DNA of 64,000 bases, taken from an uncultured Gemmatimonadales bacterium. GTDB lineage: Bacteria > Gemmatimonadota > Gemmatimonadetes > Gemmatimonadales > GWC2-71-9. The notes beneath the pieces were generated by a model. The model saw only the letters and a list, made by a program, of their open reading frames with translations, ran no database searches and was not told where the DNA came from. The stretch is from contig CAWJIM010000024.1 of NCBI GenBank assembly GCA_963842945.1, positions 384,001 through 448,000 on the forward strand, written 5' to 3'. How positions within the stretch are numbered: the stretch's first letter is position 1; each line of letters starts with the position of its first letter. Position numbers and translations under genes: made by a program. Positions 1 to 10,569 of this stretch are shown piece after piece.

Positions 1-949
1 GAGGCGCATGAGGGTTCGGAGGTCGTACAGAAGTCCGGGCTGGACCCACAAGCGCTACTGACGGCTCAGGAGCGGAAGAAGTTGCACGAGTCCTGTGGAA
101 ACTGTCATGACAACATTGAAGGCCACTTGGTCAGGCGGACAGCTTCACGACAGCGTTGTGATCGAGGGGTGGCTGATTGCTCCGCCGCCTATGCGCTGGA
201 CCGGAAAGGATGACGACAAGCTGTGCATGCTGATGAAGCGATTTGAACCAACCGGCGAGCAGTTCGTTGACCACCTCGAAACCGATCACAGGGAAATCCA
301 ATTCATCAAGGCGGCCTTCCACGGCGATCGAGCGTTGGGGGCTGCGCTCAAGGGCAAGCCCGAGCCGCCACCGGGCACCCAGGCGGACCTCGTGGAGAAG
401 GCTCGGAAGTGGACGAACCTTGTCGGTAAGGAGGGATATACGGCCTCCCCCGAGTGTGGCTGCGTCATGCCCAAGATCAAGCTCAAAATTCACCACACTT
501 GGCTTTTCGAGGTTCCCGGCGGGCTGCCCTCCAGGCAATCCTCGCAGGCCTTGTTTGAAGTGAGTCTCCAACCGGTGAAGGACCGGCCGGGTTACTCGGA
601 GGGACAGTTCTCGTTGAACCGGCGAATTGATATGACCTTGCCGCGGAACTGTAGCGGAAGCGGCAACGTCAAAGAACGCTGGCTGCTGAAGGCCCTTATG
701 GATCCCAAATCCGGATCCATAAGGGTATGGCATACTCAGCTCGATGAAGAGCCGACTGGCCAGATCGAGTGCCGGCAAGGAGGCGGGACGGGCAAGATGG
801 GCATCGACCCCGGGGTGCTGGCCGGCACCGTCGGCACCGGAGAGATGGTGATACCTGCGGATTCGACCAGCAAAAAGGTTGAGGCGTCGGAATTCGACAC
901 CAAGGAGTCACTCACCATCACCGTTCTGGAGGTGCCTAGCGCCCAATAA
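1..949 (+). CDS. Partial (5' outside window) putative c-type heme protein, frameshifted near 130-140
   Basis: Frame 1 from base 1 is open and reads ...KLHESCGNCHDNIEGH (CxxCH). It continues after a frame change in ORF 95..949 (WLIAPPPMRWTGK...LC...). Confidence 0.55.
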
Positions 950-970
950 AGCCGATGCTGCGTTGCTGTT

Positions 971-2413
971 TTACTGTTTCTTTTCGCCACCGGCTGCCGG
1001 CCAGCTGCCGCCCAGTGCCTTGTACAGAGCCGCGTAAGCAGTCGCCGCATCGGTCCGGCTCTGCGCCAGCTGATCCTGCGCCTCGAGCTGAGTCCGCTCG
1101 GCATCGAGCACCTGCAGGAAGTCGGCGACTCCGCCGGTAAAGCGCAATCTTGCCAGCTCCGCGGCGCGCGCGCTCGCGTCGGCCGCGTCCCGCAACCGGT
1201 CCAGCCGGCTGCGGGCGGTCCGATAGCGAACCAGCGAGGTCTCGACGTCCTGCAGAGCGCGGAGCACGGTAGCATCGTACTGCGCCTGAGCCTCGCTCTC
1301 CCGGGCGCGTGACTGGTCCACCCTGGCCTTGACCCTTCCCAGATTAAGCGCCGGCCACGAAATGATCGGACCGACCGCATACCGGAATGTCCCCTGGTCT
1401 CCCAGCGCGTCGAACTGGCTCGAGGCGTACCCCGCACTGCCACCAAGGCTGAGGCGCGGGAGGTAATCTGCCTTAGCAGCCCCCACCAGCGCTCGCTCCA
1501 CCGCAACCTGGCGTTCCGCGGCAGCCACATCGGGCCTGCGCCGGATCACCGTGTCCGGAGTAGAGATGCCGGTGAGATCAGGGAAGTCCGGCAGGGGCGC
1601 CGGTTTCTCCAGCTCCGCCGCAACCGCGGCGGGGGAGCGCCCCACCAGCACGCCGATCTGATACTGCGCCTCACGTACTCGCGATTCGAGATCCGGGATC
1701 GACGCCAGCGTGGTGCTGAGCTGCGCCTGCGCCCGCTCGGTATCGAACGCGGTGCCACGCCCGGCCTCAAGCCGCTCTCGGGTCAGGCCGAAGGTCCGGC
1801 GCTGATTCTCCGCGTTCCTGACCGCTACCGCGAGTTGCTCCTGCGCTCCCCGCAGATCAAAGTACGCTCGCGCCAGCTCGGCGGTGAGGGAGATCTGGAC
1901 GAACCGAAGGTCCTCCTGGTTCGCCTCGACCAACGCTCCCTGCGCCTGCACGTTGTGTCGCACCCTGCCGAAGAGATCCAGCTCCCATGACGCATCGAAT
2001 CCACCATCCCAGATGTTCTGATCGGGAAACCGCTGAGAGCCGATTGCGACGGGGAATTGGGCCCCCGACAGGCGCTGCCGGGTGTAGCTCGCGGCAAATG
2101 TCACCGTCGGAACGAAGTCCAGCTTCGCTTCCGTCCGCGCTGCCCGCGCACCGCGTACCCGCGCCTCGGCCGCCTGGACATCCAGGTTGGCGCGAGCCAG
2201 CTGATTGATCAGTCGAGTCAGCGTAGTGTCTCCCAGGTCCGGCCAGTTCAGCAGCACGGCACTGTCCGAGGGGGCCGCCGCGACGGCGATCGTGGTATCC
2301 CGGGTCTCCCGGAAAGCCGCCGGCGGCGGGACATCTGAGGCTCGATAGCCTGGCGCAGAGGCACAGCCCAGAGCCGGCAGAACCAGCGAGGAAAGCAATG
2401 CCGCCTTATGCAT
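971..2413 (-). CDS. Efflux outer membrane factor lipoprotein (NodT/OprM/OprN family)
   Basis: Lipobox LGC; motifs ASWELDLFGR, RRPDVAAAE, LYKALGGSW; ATG at 2413 overlaps the stop of the RND gene. Confidence 0.95.
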   Translation of the reverse strand: MHKAALLSSLVLPALGCASAPGYRASDVPPPAAFRETRDTTIAVAAAPSDSAVLLNWPDLGDTTLTRLINQLARANLDVQAAEARVRGARAARTEAKLDFVPTVTFAASYTRQRLSGAQFPVAIGSQRFPDQNIWDGGFDASWELDLFGRVRHNVQAQGALVEANQEDLRFVQISLTAELARAYFDLRGAQEQLAVAVRNAENQRRTFGLTRERLEAGRGTAFDTERAQAQLSTTLASIPDLESRVREAQYQIGVLVGRSPAAVAAELEKPAPLPDFPDLTGISTPDTVIRRRPDVAAAERQVAVERALVGAAKADYLPRLSLGGSAGYASSQFDALGDQGTFRYAVGPIISWPALNLGRVKARVDQSRARESEAQAQYDATVLRALQDVETSLVRYRTARSRLDRLRDAADASARAAELARLRFTGGVADFLQVLDAERTQLEAQDQLAQSRTDAATAYAALYKALGGSWPAAGGEKKQ

Positions 2414-5400
2414 GTTTCGACTCCTCATCGTGAGCCGGCTGCAGCGCGAACTGCTGAGCCCGCCGGGTGCGCCGCTCCAGCATTCCCTGGAGCACCACGT
2501 AGAACACGGGCGTGAGCACCAGACCGAAGAAGGTCACTCCCAGCATTCCCGAGAACACCGCCACGCCCATCGCGTGCCGCATCTCGGCCCCGGCCCCGCT
2601 GGAGAACACCAGTGGAAGCACACCCATGATGAAGGCGAAAGAGGTCATCAGGATCGGCCGCAGCCTGATGCGGGACGCCTCCAGGGCCGAGTCGATCACC
2701 GACCGTCCCTGCAGGTGGAGCTCGCGGGCGAACTCCACGATCAGGATCGCGTTCTTGCAGGCGAGCCCGATCAGCACCAGGAACCCGATCTGGGTGAAGA
2801 TGTTGTTGTCGCCCTTGGTGAGCCACACGCCACCGATGGCGCAGAGCAGCGACATCGGAACGATCAGGATCACCGCCAGCGGCAACGTCCAGCTCTCGTA
2901 CTGGGCCGCGAGGACCAGTAGCACGAGCAGTACGCAGAGCGGAAAGATGAATACCGCCGTGCTCCCGGCCAGCTTCTGCTGGTAGGTCAGGTCGGTCCAC
3001 TCGTAGCCGATGCCGTTGGGCAGCACCTCGTGCAAGATCCCTTCGATTGCGTCCTGCGCCTGGCCGGAGCTGAATCCGGGAGCCGGGCCGCCATTGATGT
3101 CAGCAGCGGGATAGCCGTTGTAGCGGGTGCTCTGATCGGGGCCGTGCGACTGCTTGACCTGCACCACGGAGCCGAGCGGTATCATCGCACCTGCTGCGTT
3201 GCGCACCTTGAGCTGCGCGATGTTGTCGGCGCTGGCGCGGAACGGCGCGTCCGCCTGCACCTTCACCTGATAGGTCCGGCCGAATTTGTTGAAGTCGTTG
3301 ACGTACACCGACCCGAGATACGCTTGCATGGTCTGGAACAGGTCGGTGAGTACGATGCCTTCGCGCTTGACCTTCTCCCGATCGACCTCGACCTCGAGCT
3401 GCGGCACGTTCACCCGGTAGCCGCTGAAGACACCGGCCAACGCAGGAGTCTGATATGCCTTCCCGATCACTGCCTGGGTGGCGTCGTTGAGCGCCGTCTC
3501 TCCCAGTCCGGCGCGATCCTCCAGCTCCAGCTTGAAGCCACCTACTGTTCCCAGCCCATTTACCGGCGGCGGCGGGAACACCGCCACGAATGCGTCCTGG
3601 ATTCCCGCAAACTTGCCCATCAGCGCCCCGGCGATGTTCAGCCCGTACTCGGCCTTCCCATGCCGCTCTTCGAACGGCTTGAGGGTGAAGAAGACGATGC
3701 CCGCGTTGGGGGCGTTGACGAAGCCGTTAATGGATAAGCCCGGGAACTGCACCGCATTCTCGACCCCCGGCTGCTTGCTCCCGATCTCCGACATCTGCCG
3801 GATGACTTTTTCGGTGCGGTCGAGCGTCGCCCCATCGGGGAGTTGGGCAAAGGCGACGAGATACTGTTTGTCTTGAGTTGGCACGAAACCCTTCGGCACC
3901 TTGGAGAAGCCGAAGACCGTGAGCGCGATCAGTCCGGCATAGACTGCGAGCACCAGTCCCTTCCGACCCAAGACCCGGCTCACCGCCGAGCTGTAGCTCG
4001 CGGAGCCTCGGCTGAATGCCCGGTTGAACGGCCGGAACAGCCAGCCGAAGGAGCGGTCCAGCACCCGGGTGAGACGGTCGGGCGGCGCGCCGTGCGGTTT
4101 CAGAAGAATCGCACTGAGCGCCGGTGACAAAGTGAGCGAATTGATCGCGGAGATAACGGTGGAGAACGCGATCGTGAGCGCGAACTGGCGGTAAAACTCG
4201 CCGGTTAAACCACTCAGGAATGCCACCGGCACGAATACGGCGCAGAGCACCAGCATGATCGCGATGATCGGCCGGCTCACCTCGTCCATCGCCTTGTGGG
4301 CGGCGTCCCGGGGCGAGAGGCCCGCTTCGATATTCCGCTCCACGTTCTCCACCACCACGATGGCATCGTCCACCACGATGCCGATGGCCAGCACCAGCCC
4401 GAACAGCGAGAGGGTGTTGATGGAGAAACCGAACATCAGCAGGATGGCGAACGTGCCGACGATGGAGACCGGCACCGCCACCAGCGGTATGACCGACGCC
4501 CGCCAGGTCTGGAGGAACAACACCACGACCAACACCACCAGCAGGATGGCCTCGAACAGCGTCTTCACCACCTCGCGGATGCCGTCGCGCACGTTGATCG
4601 TGGGATCGTAGACGATCCGATACTCCACGCCCTGGGGGAAGTTCTTCCTGAGCTCCTCCATGGTCGCGCGCACCGTGCTCGAGAGCTGAAGGGCATTGGA
4701 GCCCGGCGCCTGGAAGATTCCGATGCCGACCGCTTCCTTCCCATTCAGCAGTGAGCGAAGCGCGTAGTCGCCCGCCGCCAGCTCCAGCCGGGCCACGTCG
4801 CGGAGCCGGGTGATCTCGCCGTTGTCGCCGGTCTTGAGGATGATGTCGCCGAACTCCTCCTCGTTAGCGAGACGGCCCCGCGCGTTGATGCTGAGCTGGT
4901 AGTCCACCGGCGTCGGCATCGGAGGGGCGCCAACCACTCCGGCCGCCACCTGGACGTTCTGCTCCCGGATCGCGTTCACCACGTCGGTCGCGCTGAGACC
5001 CCGAGCGGCAACCTTGCCCGGATCGAGCCACACCCGCATGGCATAGTCCCCGCCGCCGAAGACCTGCACCTGTCCAATTCCGGGAATGCGGGCGAGGACA
5101 TCTTTCACCTGCAATAATCCGTAATTGCGGAGATAGGTCACATCATAGCGGTTGTCGGGCGAGAGCAGGTGCACCACCATGATGAAGTTGGGTGAGCTCT
5201 TCACCGTGGTGACGCCGAGCTGGCGAACCTCCTCCGGCAAACGCGGCAGCGCCTGGCTCACCCGGTTCTGCACCTGCACCTGCGCCAGATCGACATCGGT
5301 GCCGACCCGGAAGGTCACGGTGAGCGTGAGCACGCCGTCCGAGGTGGCCTGCGAATTCATGTACAGCATGTTCTCGACGCCGTTGATCTGCTCTTCCAGC

Positions 5401-5597
5401 GGGGTGGCCACCGCCTCCGAAATCACCCGAGGATTGGCGCCGGGATAGACCGCGCGCACCACTACGGATGGTGGCACCACCTCGGGGTACTCACTGATGG
5501 GCAAGCCGAACATCGCGATCAGGCCGGCGATGAAGATCACGATCGACACCACGGCCGCGAAGATCGGCCGGTCGATGAAGAAGCGGGAGAATCGCAT
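2406..5597 (-). CDS. Multidrug efflux RND permease (MexF/BpeF/OqxB-like)
   Basis: 1063 aa; MRFSRFFIDRPIFA start, GIVVDDAIVVVENVER, KNAILIVEFA, RLRPILMTS. Confidence 0.97.
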   Translation of the reverse strand: MRFSRFFIDRPIFAAVVSIVIFIAGLIAMFGLPISEYPEVVPPSVVVRAVYPGANPRVISEAVATPLEEQINGVENMLYMNSQATSDGVLTLTVTFRVGTDVDLAQVQVQNRVSQALPRLPEEVRQLGVTTVKSSPNFIMVVHLLSPDNRYDVTYLRNYGLLQVKDVLARIPGIGQVQVFGGGDYAMRVWLDPGKVAARGLSATDVVNAIREQNVQVAAGVVGAPPMPTPVDYQLSINARGRLANEEEFGDIILKTGDNGEITRLRDVARLELAAGDYALRSLLNGKEAVGIGIFQAPGSNALQLSSTVRATMEELRKNFPQGVEYRIVYDPTINVRDGIREVVKTLFEAILLVVLVVVLFLQTWRASVIPLVAVPVSIVGTFAILLMFGFSINTLSLFGLVLAIGIVVDDAIVVVENVERNIEAGLSPRDAAHKAMDEVSRPIIAIMLVLCAVFVPVAFLSGLTGEFYRQFALTIAFSTVISAINSLTLSPALSAILLKPHGAPPDRLTRVLDRSFGWLFRPFNRAFSRGSASYSSAVSRVLGRKGLVLAVYAGLIALTVFGFSKVPKGFVPTQDKQYLVAFAQLPDGATLDRTEKVIRQMSEIGSKQPGVENAVQFPGLSINGFVNAPNAGIVFFTLKPFEERHGKAEYGLNIAGALMGKFAGIQDAFVAVFPPPPVNGLGTVGGFKLELEDRAGLGETALNDATQAVIGKAYQTPALAGVFSGYRVNVPQLEVEVDREKVKREGIVLTDLFQTMQAYLGSVYVNDFNKFGRTYQVKVQADAPFRASADNIAQLKVRNAAGAMIPLGSVVQVKQSHGPDQSTRYNGYPAADINGGPAPGFSSGQAQDAIEGILHEVLPNGIGYEWTDLTYQQKLAGSTAVFIFPLCVLLVLLVLAAQYESWTLPLAVILIVPMSLLCAIGGVWLTKGDNNIFTQIGFLVLIGLACKNAILIVEFARELHLQGRSVIDSALEASRIRLRPILMTSFAFIMGVLPLVFSSGAGAEMRHAMGVAVFSGMLGVTFFGLVLTPVFYVVLQGMLERRTRRAQQFALQPAHDEESKHA

Positions 5598-5599
5598 GG

Positions 5600-6791
5600 C
5601 TACTTTCCTTGTCCCGCGGCCGGTGCTGCCGAATCAGCCGCCGTCATCTCGCTCAGTGTGGGAGCCACCTTCATCCCGGGCCGGACCCGCATCAGGCCAT
5701 TCACTACTACCTTCTCGTTGGGCTGCAACCCCGAGTCGATGATGCGGAGCCCGTCCACCAGCCGACCCGGCACCACCGGCCGATAGACCAGCGTGTCGCC
5801 CGGTCCAACCACCAGAACGAACTTCCGGTCCTGGTCGGTGCCGATAGCGGCGTCGCGGACCAGGAGCGCCTTCCGCTTGTGGTCGCCCACCAGCTTGACC
5901 CGGGCGAACAAGCCTGGAGTCAGCGCCCGGGACTTGTTGGAGAAGACCGCGCGGGTCCGGATGGTGCCGGTGTTGGGATCGATCTGATTGTCCACGAAGT
6001 CGAGCTGCCCCTCGTGGGGATAGCCGTCCTCGTTGGCCAGGCCCAGGTAGACCGGAAGCTTGGCCGTGCGCCAGTTGGCGCCGTTGCCGCGGGCCCGGCC
6101 GGCATAGCGTAGGTAGGTCTGCTCGTCGCTGTCGAAGTAGACATACATCGGGTCGAGCGACACGACGGTGGTGAGCAGCGTGCGTCGGTGAACCGGCCTG
6201 AACCAGGTTGCCCGGCGTCACCAGCGCGTTGCTCACCCGGCCGCTAATGGGTGAGCGAACCCGGGTCCACTCCAGGTTGAGCCGCGCAGTCTCAACCGCG
6301 GCTTCCGCTGCCCTCACGCTGGCACCGCCCTGCGCCTCGGCGCTGGTGCGACTGTCGTATTCCTCACGAGAAATGGCTTGGGCCTTCACCAGCGGGTCTG
6401 CCCGCCTGACGTCACTCGCCGCCAGCGCGGCGGCCGACCTGGCGCGCTCCAGCTCCGCCTGCGCCCGGTCCAGGTCAGCCTGGTAAGGCCGAGGATCGAT
6501 CTCGAAGAGCACCTCGCCTTTCCGAACCTCGCGGCCCTCGGTGAAGGCCACCCGCTGGATATAGCCGGAGACGCGAGGCCGGATGTCGACCTGATCCACC
6601 GCCTGGAGCCGGCCGGTGAACTCATCCCATTCAGAGATTTCCCGCTCCGGCACCGGAGCGACCGTGACCGGCCTGAAGCGGAGGGGCGGCGGGGGCTTTG
6701 TCCTCTGCCCGGCTGTTGAGGGTCAGCGCTGCCAGCGAGATAACGACCACTCCAAGCGCCGCCTGCTAAAAACGATTCGCCGAGTCCGCAT
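5600..6791 (-). CDS. RND periplasmic adaptor (MFP, MexE-like), split by several frameshifts
   Basis: ORF 5634..6653 (EWDEFTGRL..RPRVSG..IDPRPY) joins ORF 5600..6163 (DFVDNQIDPNTGTIRTRA) near 6185. ATG at 6791 follows GGAGG; further frame changes in the N-terminal segment. Confidence 0.88.
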
Positions 6792-6916
6792 GATTGGCCT
6801 TGCCTCCAGAAAGAAATTCGCGTCTTTGCTTCGCCCCATCTTCTCGTCGTTCGGGGCCAGCCCGGATTCGACCAACTTGGGCGGCCCAGCGCCTGCTGTT
6901 ACACGACCGGTACGAT

Positions 6917-6936
6917 AGTTCGATAATCATCGAACT
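6917..6936. promoter_or_regulatory. Perfect 8-4-8 palindrome AGTTCGAT-aatc-ATCGAACT, probable ArsR operator of the efflux operon
   Basis: Read directly from sequence; a second near-identical copy lies at 7306-7325. Confidence 0.75.
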
Positions 6937-6978
6937 CTATGCTACAAAAAAACTTCCGCGCCTTCGTCCACATGGATT

Positions 6979-7305
6979 TCAGGCGACGGAAGTCTTCAGT
7001 TTTCCGCCGGCCCGGCGCAGCAGCTCGGCGGCATAGGCTTCCAGCACGTCTCGGCGAACCTCGCAGCTCAGGAACTGTCCCTCACGGTGGGCCTCGACCA
7101 GGCCGGCACGGACCAACTCTTTGATGTGGTGCGAGATGGTGGCCTTGGAGACGGGAAATTCCTCCCGGAGCTTGGTGCAGGCGCACGCCCTCTCCCCGGC
7201 GATCACCTCGAGCACCTGCATTCGCCTGGGATCGGCGAGCGCTTTGGCGATCAGTTCGAACTGCTTCTCGGTCAGGCTCGACCGTCCGGCACCAGTGTTT
7301 TTCAC
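6979..7305 (-). CDS. ArsR/SmtB family transcriptional regulator
   Basis: KALADPRRMQVL...SKATISHHIKELVRAGLV...REGQ winged-helix pattern; CAC motif. Confidence 0.92.
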   Translation of the reverse strand: MKNTGAGRSSLTEKQFELIAKALADPRRMQVLEVIAGERACACTKLREEFPVSKATISHHIKELVRAGLVEAHREGQFLSCEVRRDVLEAYAAELLRRAGGKLKTSVA

Positions 7306-7325
7306 AGTTCAATGGTTATCGAACT
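7306..7325. promoter_or_regulatory. Palindrome AGTTCAAT-ggtt-ATCGAACT abutting the ArsR start codon (autoregulatory operator)
   Basis: One arm mismatch versus the 6917 site; minus-strand TTGACA at 7341-7336 lies just upstream. Confidence 0.72.
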
Positions 7326-7678
7326 GTCTTCCTGCTGTCAAGGGAGGTGAGAGCCTGCCCTACTTTTTGAGTATTGACAGCAGTTACCCCAACTCCCATC
7401 GTAGAAGTACGCCGCGAGCATACGAAGACGAGATGGCGTCGCAACGGCGTTCCATTCCTCGCGACCTGTAGTTTCCCCCGCAAACCGTTCAGCATCGCAA
7501 GACCGGCTCTTTCCATAGCGCTGGCTCTCTAGCGCGCAGCAGTCGTGACCTTCCCCGGTCACCGGCTCTGGCTCCGGCTTGGAGATTCTCGAAGCCGCGC
7601 GGCACGCGTGTCTCCTCGAGCGGCGATCGCCGCAGCGCCTGGCCGGGCATCCCTCTCACGCGAGCGGCAGGAGATATT

Positions 7679-9128
7679 ATGTCGCGGCTACACTATGCCA
7701 TCATACTGGCCGGCATTTTTGCCTGTACCGATCAAACCGAGCCTCCTCCGGCAGCGAGCCAGCCCGAGGATGTGGCACTGGACGACAATGTGTCGGGTGT
7801 CGAGCTGGAGCTCGATGCCGGGAGAATAGATCGGGAGGCTCACACCGCGCTGTCTGGCGGCGCGACCACCGTCTTCCGGGAAGACGACGAGGCCTTCGAG
7901 ACCGCGGCGCCGAATCTGGCTGGGCTGAACCTCGCAAAACATGAGGCGGGCGACGTGGCGTTCGAGCTGGAGCATGTCGCCGGGTCGGATCCAGCGAATG
8001 GAGGCCTGGGTCCCGTCTTCGACAACGTGTCCTGCGAGGGATGTCATCTGGGTGATGGACGCGGCCGTCCACCGGAAGACGGCCTCGAGTTTCTCCTCGA
8101 TGCTGTTTCGCTCCAGCATCACGGGCCAGGATGCGAACGGTGGTCCTCTGGGAATACCGGGAGGGTTCGGCGGCCAGTTGCAGACGCGGGGGATAGCCCC
8201 AGACCAGGCCGACATTCAGGCCTCGGTGTACTACACACCGACCGAAGGAAGCTTCGCTGACGGAACCAAGTTCCAGTTGCAGGTTCCGCAGTACACACTC
8301 ACCGGACTTTATCCCGGCCTGGCCGTTGGCTTCCTGTTCTCACCTCGAGTCGCACCCGTGGTGTTTGGTCTGGGACTGCTCGAGGCCGTCCCCGCTCTGG
8401 GCATACTCGCCCGCGCGGATCCCCGTGACTTCAATCGCGATGGGATCTCGGGTCGGGCAAACGTCGTCTTCGATGCGGTTCACCGGCGGCAGGCGGTCGG
8501 CCGGTTTGGCTGGAAGGCGAATACTCCGAACCTGCTGCAGCAGACCGCGGGCGCCTACAATGGCGACATGGGCGTGACCTCGGACCTGTTCCCGAGCGAG
8601 TCCTGCGCCGGCCGAACCGGGACGAGCTGTAACACCAGTCATGTCGAGGTGAGTGCGGATATCGTCGGGAATGTCGCGTTCTATACTCAGACGCTCGCCG
8701 TTCCGGCCCGACGTAACCTCAACGATCCAACCACCCGGAGGGGCGAGTACCTGTTCTATGCCTCCGGCTGCGATGGCTGCCACACTCCGACGCTGCGTAC
8801 TGGCCGATTGCAGGGCGTGCCGGAGGTTTCGGGCCAGGTCATCCATCCGTATACCGATCTTCTGGTCCATGACATGGGGCCCGATCTGGCCGACGGTCGT
8901 CCCGACTTCCAGGCATCAGGCAGCGAGTGGCGCACACCGCCGCTCTGGGGCATCGGCTTGGTGGAGACCGTCAACGGGCACAGCCGTTTTCTGCACGACG
9001 GGCGGGCCGGCTCGCTGATGGAAGCGATACTCTGGCATGGAGGAGAGGCCACCCGGGCGCGCGATCGGGTCAAGGCACTGAGCCAACCGGACCGAGACGC
9101 CCTGATCGCGTTCTTGAAATCGCTGTAG
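7679..9128 (+). CDS. Di-heme oxidoreductase family (DHOR/thiol oxidoreductase-like) lipoprotein, frameshift near 8090
   Basis: RBS GGAG; lipobox FAC; GLGPVFDNVSCEGCH, GRFGWKA, CDGCH, PYTDLLVHDMG, WRTPPLWGIG, LHDGRA, AILWHGGEA. Confidence 0.9.
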
Positions 9129-9130
9129 AA

Positions 9131-9631
9131 CTACTCGAGGCTGAGCACGACTGGCTCGTCGCTTCCGGGTTCTAGCTGCGGGTAGCGGTCAAGGATACGG
9201 GCACAGGTGTTCCAGCGGAGGATCGCTTCGTCGTTCCCCGCAGGGCGCTGGGACTCGGCCTTCTCGTACCAACTCATCGCATCCCGGAACCACTGATAGG
9301 CCATTTGCCCCGACCTTGGCATGCCGGATCGAAGCTGTGCCTTGGCGCAGCGCTCGCAGATGATGCCCGCGTAGTAGGCCCGCTTGTATTCGTCCTGCAG
9401 GCGGGGCAAGACCTCCCGTGCGCGGCGCACACCCTCGCTGGGCGCCGGCCCGAACTGGTCGGTGATCGCGAGGAGGAGAATAACGAGGGCCTGCTGGTTC
9501 TCCGGACTCACCGCCAGGATATCCAGGCAGATGCTCTCGGCCGAGCTGGGGTCGTTGATGATCCGGTAGCGCTCCGCCTTCTGCATTGCGGCGGGGATGC
9601 CTTCTTTGGAGATCGGCTTCGGTTCGAACAT
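9131..9631 (-). CDS. Helical hypothetical protein, last gene of the sdh operon
   Basis: Clean ORF starting about 20 nt after the FeS subunit stop; KAERYR..AESICLDIL, YYAGIICER, AILRWNTCAR. Confidence 0.75.
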   Translation of the reverse strand: MFEPKPISKEGIPAAMQKAERYRIINDPSSAESICLDILAVSPENQQALVILLLAITDQFGPAPSEGVRRAREVLPRLQDEYKRAYYAGIICERCAKAQLRSGMPRSGQMAYQWFRDAMSWYEKAESQRPAGNDEAILRWNTCARILDRYPQLEPGSDEPVVLSLE

Positions 9632-9651
9632 GGCTTCTCTCGAGTCGAGAG

Positions 9652-10501
9652 TCACGACTTCCTGCTGAAGATCTTCACCAGCTTCCCTAGCGGGTCGAAG
9701 AATTCATCGACCACCCGCTCCTTGAGCGGAATGATCGCGTTATCGGTGATGGTGATGTGCTCCGGGCAGACCTTGGTGCAGCACTTGGTGATATTGCAAT
9801 ACCCGATGCCGTGGGCCCGGCGAAGCTCCTCGATCCGGTCCTCCACATCGAGGGGATGCATTTCCAGCGCGGCGACGTGGACCAGGAATCGGGGACCGAT
9901 GAAATCGTCATGAAGGTGATGGTCCCGCAGCACGTGGCAGACGTCCTGGCAAAGAAAACATTCGATGCATTTCCGGAACTCCTGAACCCGGTCGACGTCC
10001 GACTGATCCATGCGCCAGGTGCCATCAGGGGCGTCCGCGGCGCGTGGTGTGAACGGCTTGATGCGCTGCTTCACCTTGAAGTTCCAGGAGACGTCGGTGA
10101 CCAGGTCCTTCACCGGAGGGAAGGCGCGCATCGGCTCGACCGTCACCGGCTTCGTCCAGCGGCAACTCGCTCAGCCGCGTCATGCACATGAGTTTGGGCG
10201 ACCCGTTCACCTCGGCCGAGCAGGAGCCGCATTTGCCGGCCTTACAATTCCAGCGCACCGCGAGATCGTTGGCCTGTTCGGCCTGGATCTGGTGAATGAC
10301 ATCGAGCACCACCATTCCCGGGGAAATCGTGGTGGTGTAGTCCACCAGCTTCCCTCCCTGCTGATCGCCGCGCCACACCCGGAACACGGCTCGACCGCTG
10401 GGCTCGGGCTTGGACTGGGGGGGCTGTTTCTCCTGAACCTCGCCGGTCTCGGCGAGGTCGGGCTGCATCGTTTCGCCGGTAACCACACCCGGACCAGTCA
10501 T
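9652..10501 (-). CDS. sdhB: Succinate dehydrogenase/fumarate reductase iron-sulfur subunit, frameshift near 10150
   Basis: RWNCKAGKCGSC..LMC (2Fe-2S), CIECFLCQDVC, CNITKCCTKVCP. Confidence 0.92.
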
Positions 10502-10518
10502 CGTTGCTCCAGAATGAG

Positions 10519-10544
10519 AGATCCTTCGCTGCGCTCAGGATGAC
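10519..10544 (-). repeat. REP-like element GTCATCCTGAGCGCAGCGAAGGATCT
   Basis: Intergenic between sdhA and sdhB; a related copy lies at 44142-44167. Confidence 0.6.
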
Positions 10545-10569
10545 ACCGCAGCGCCGAGAGCGCCGCGTG

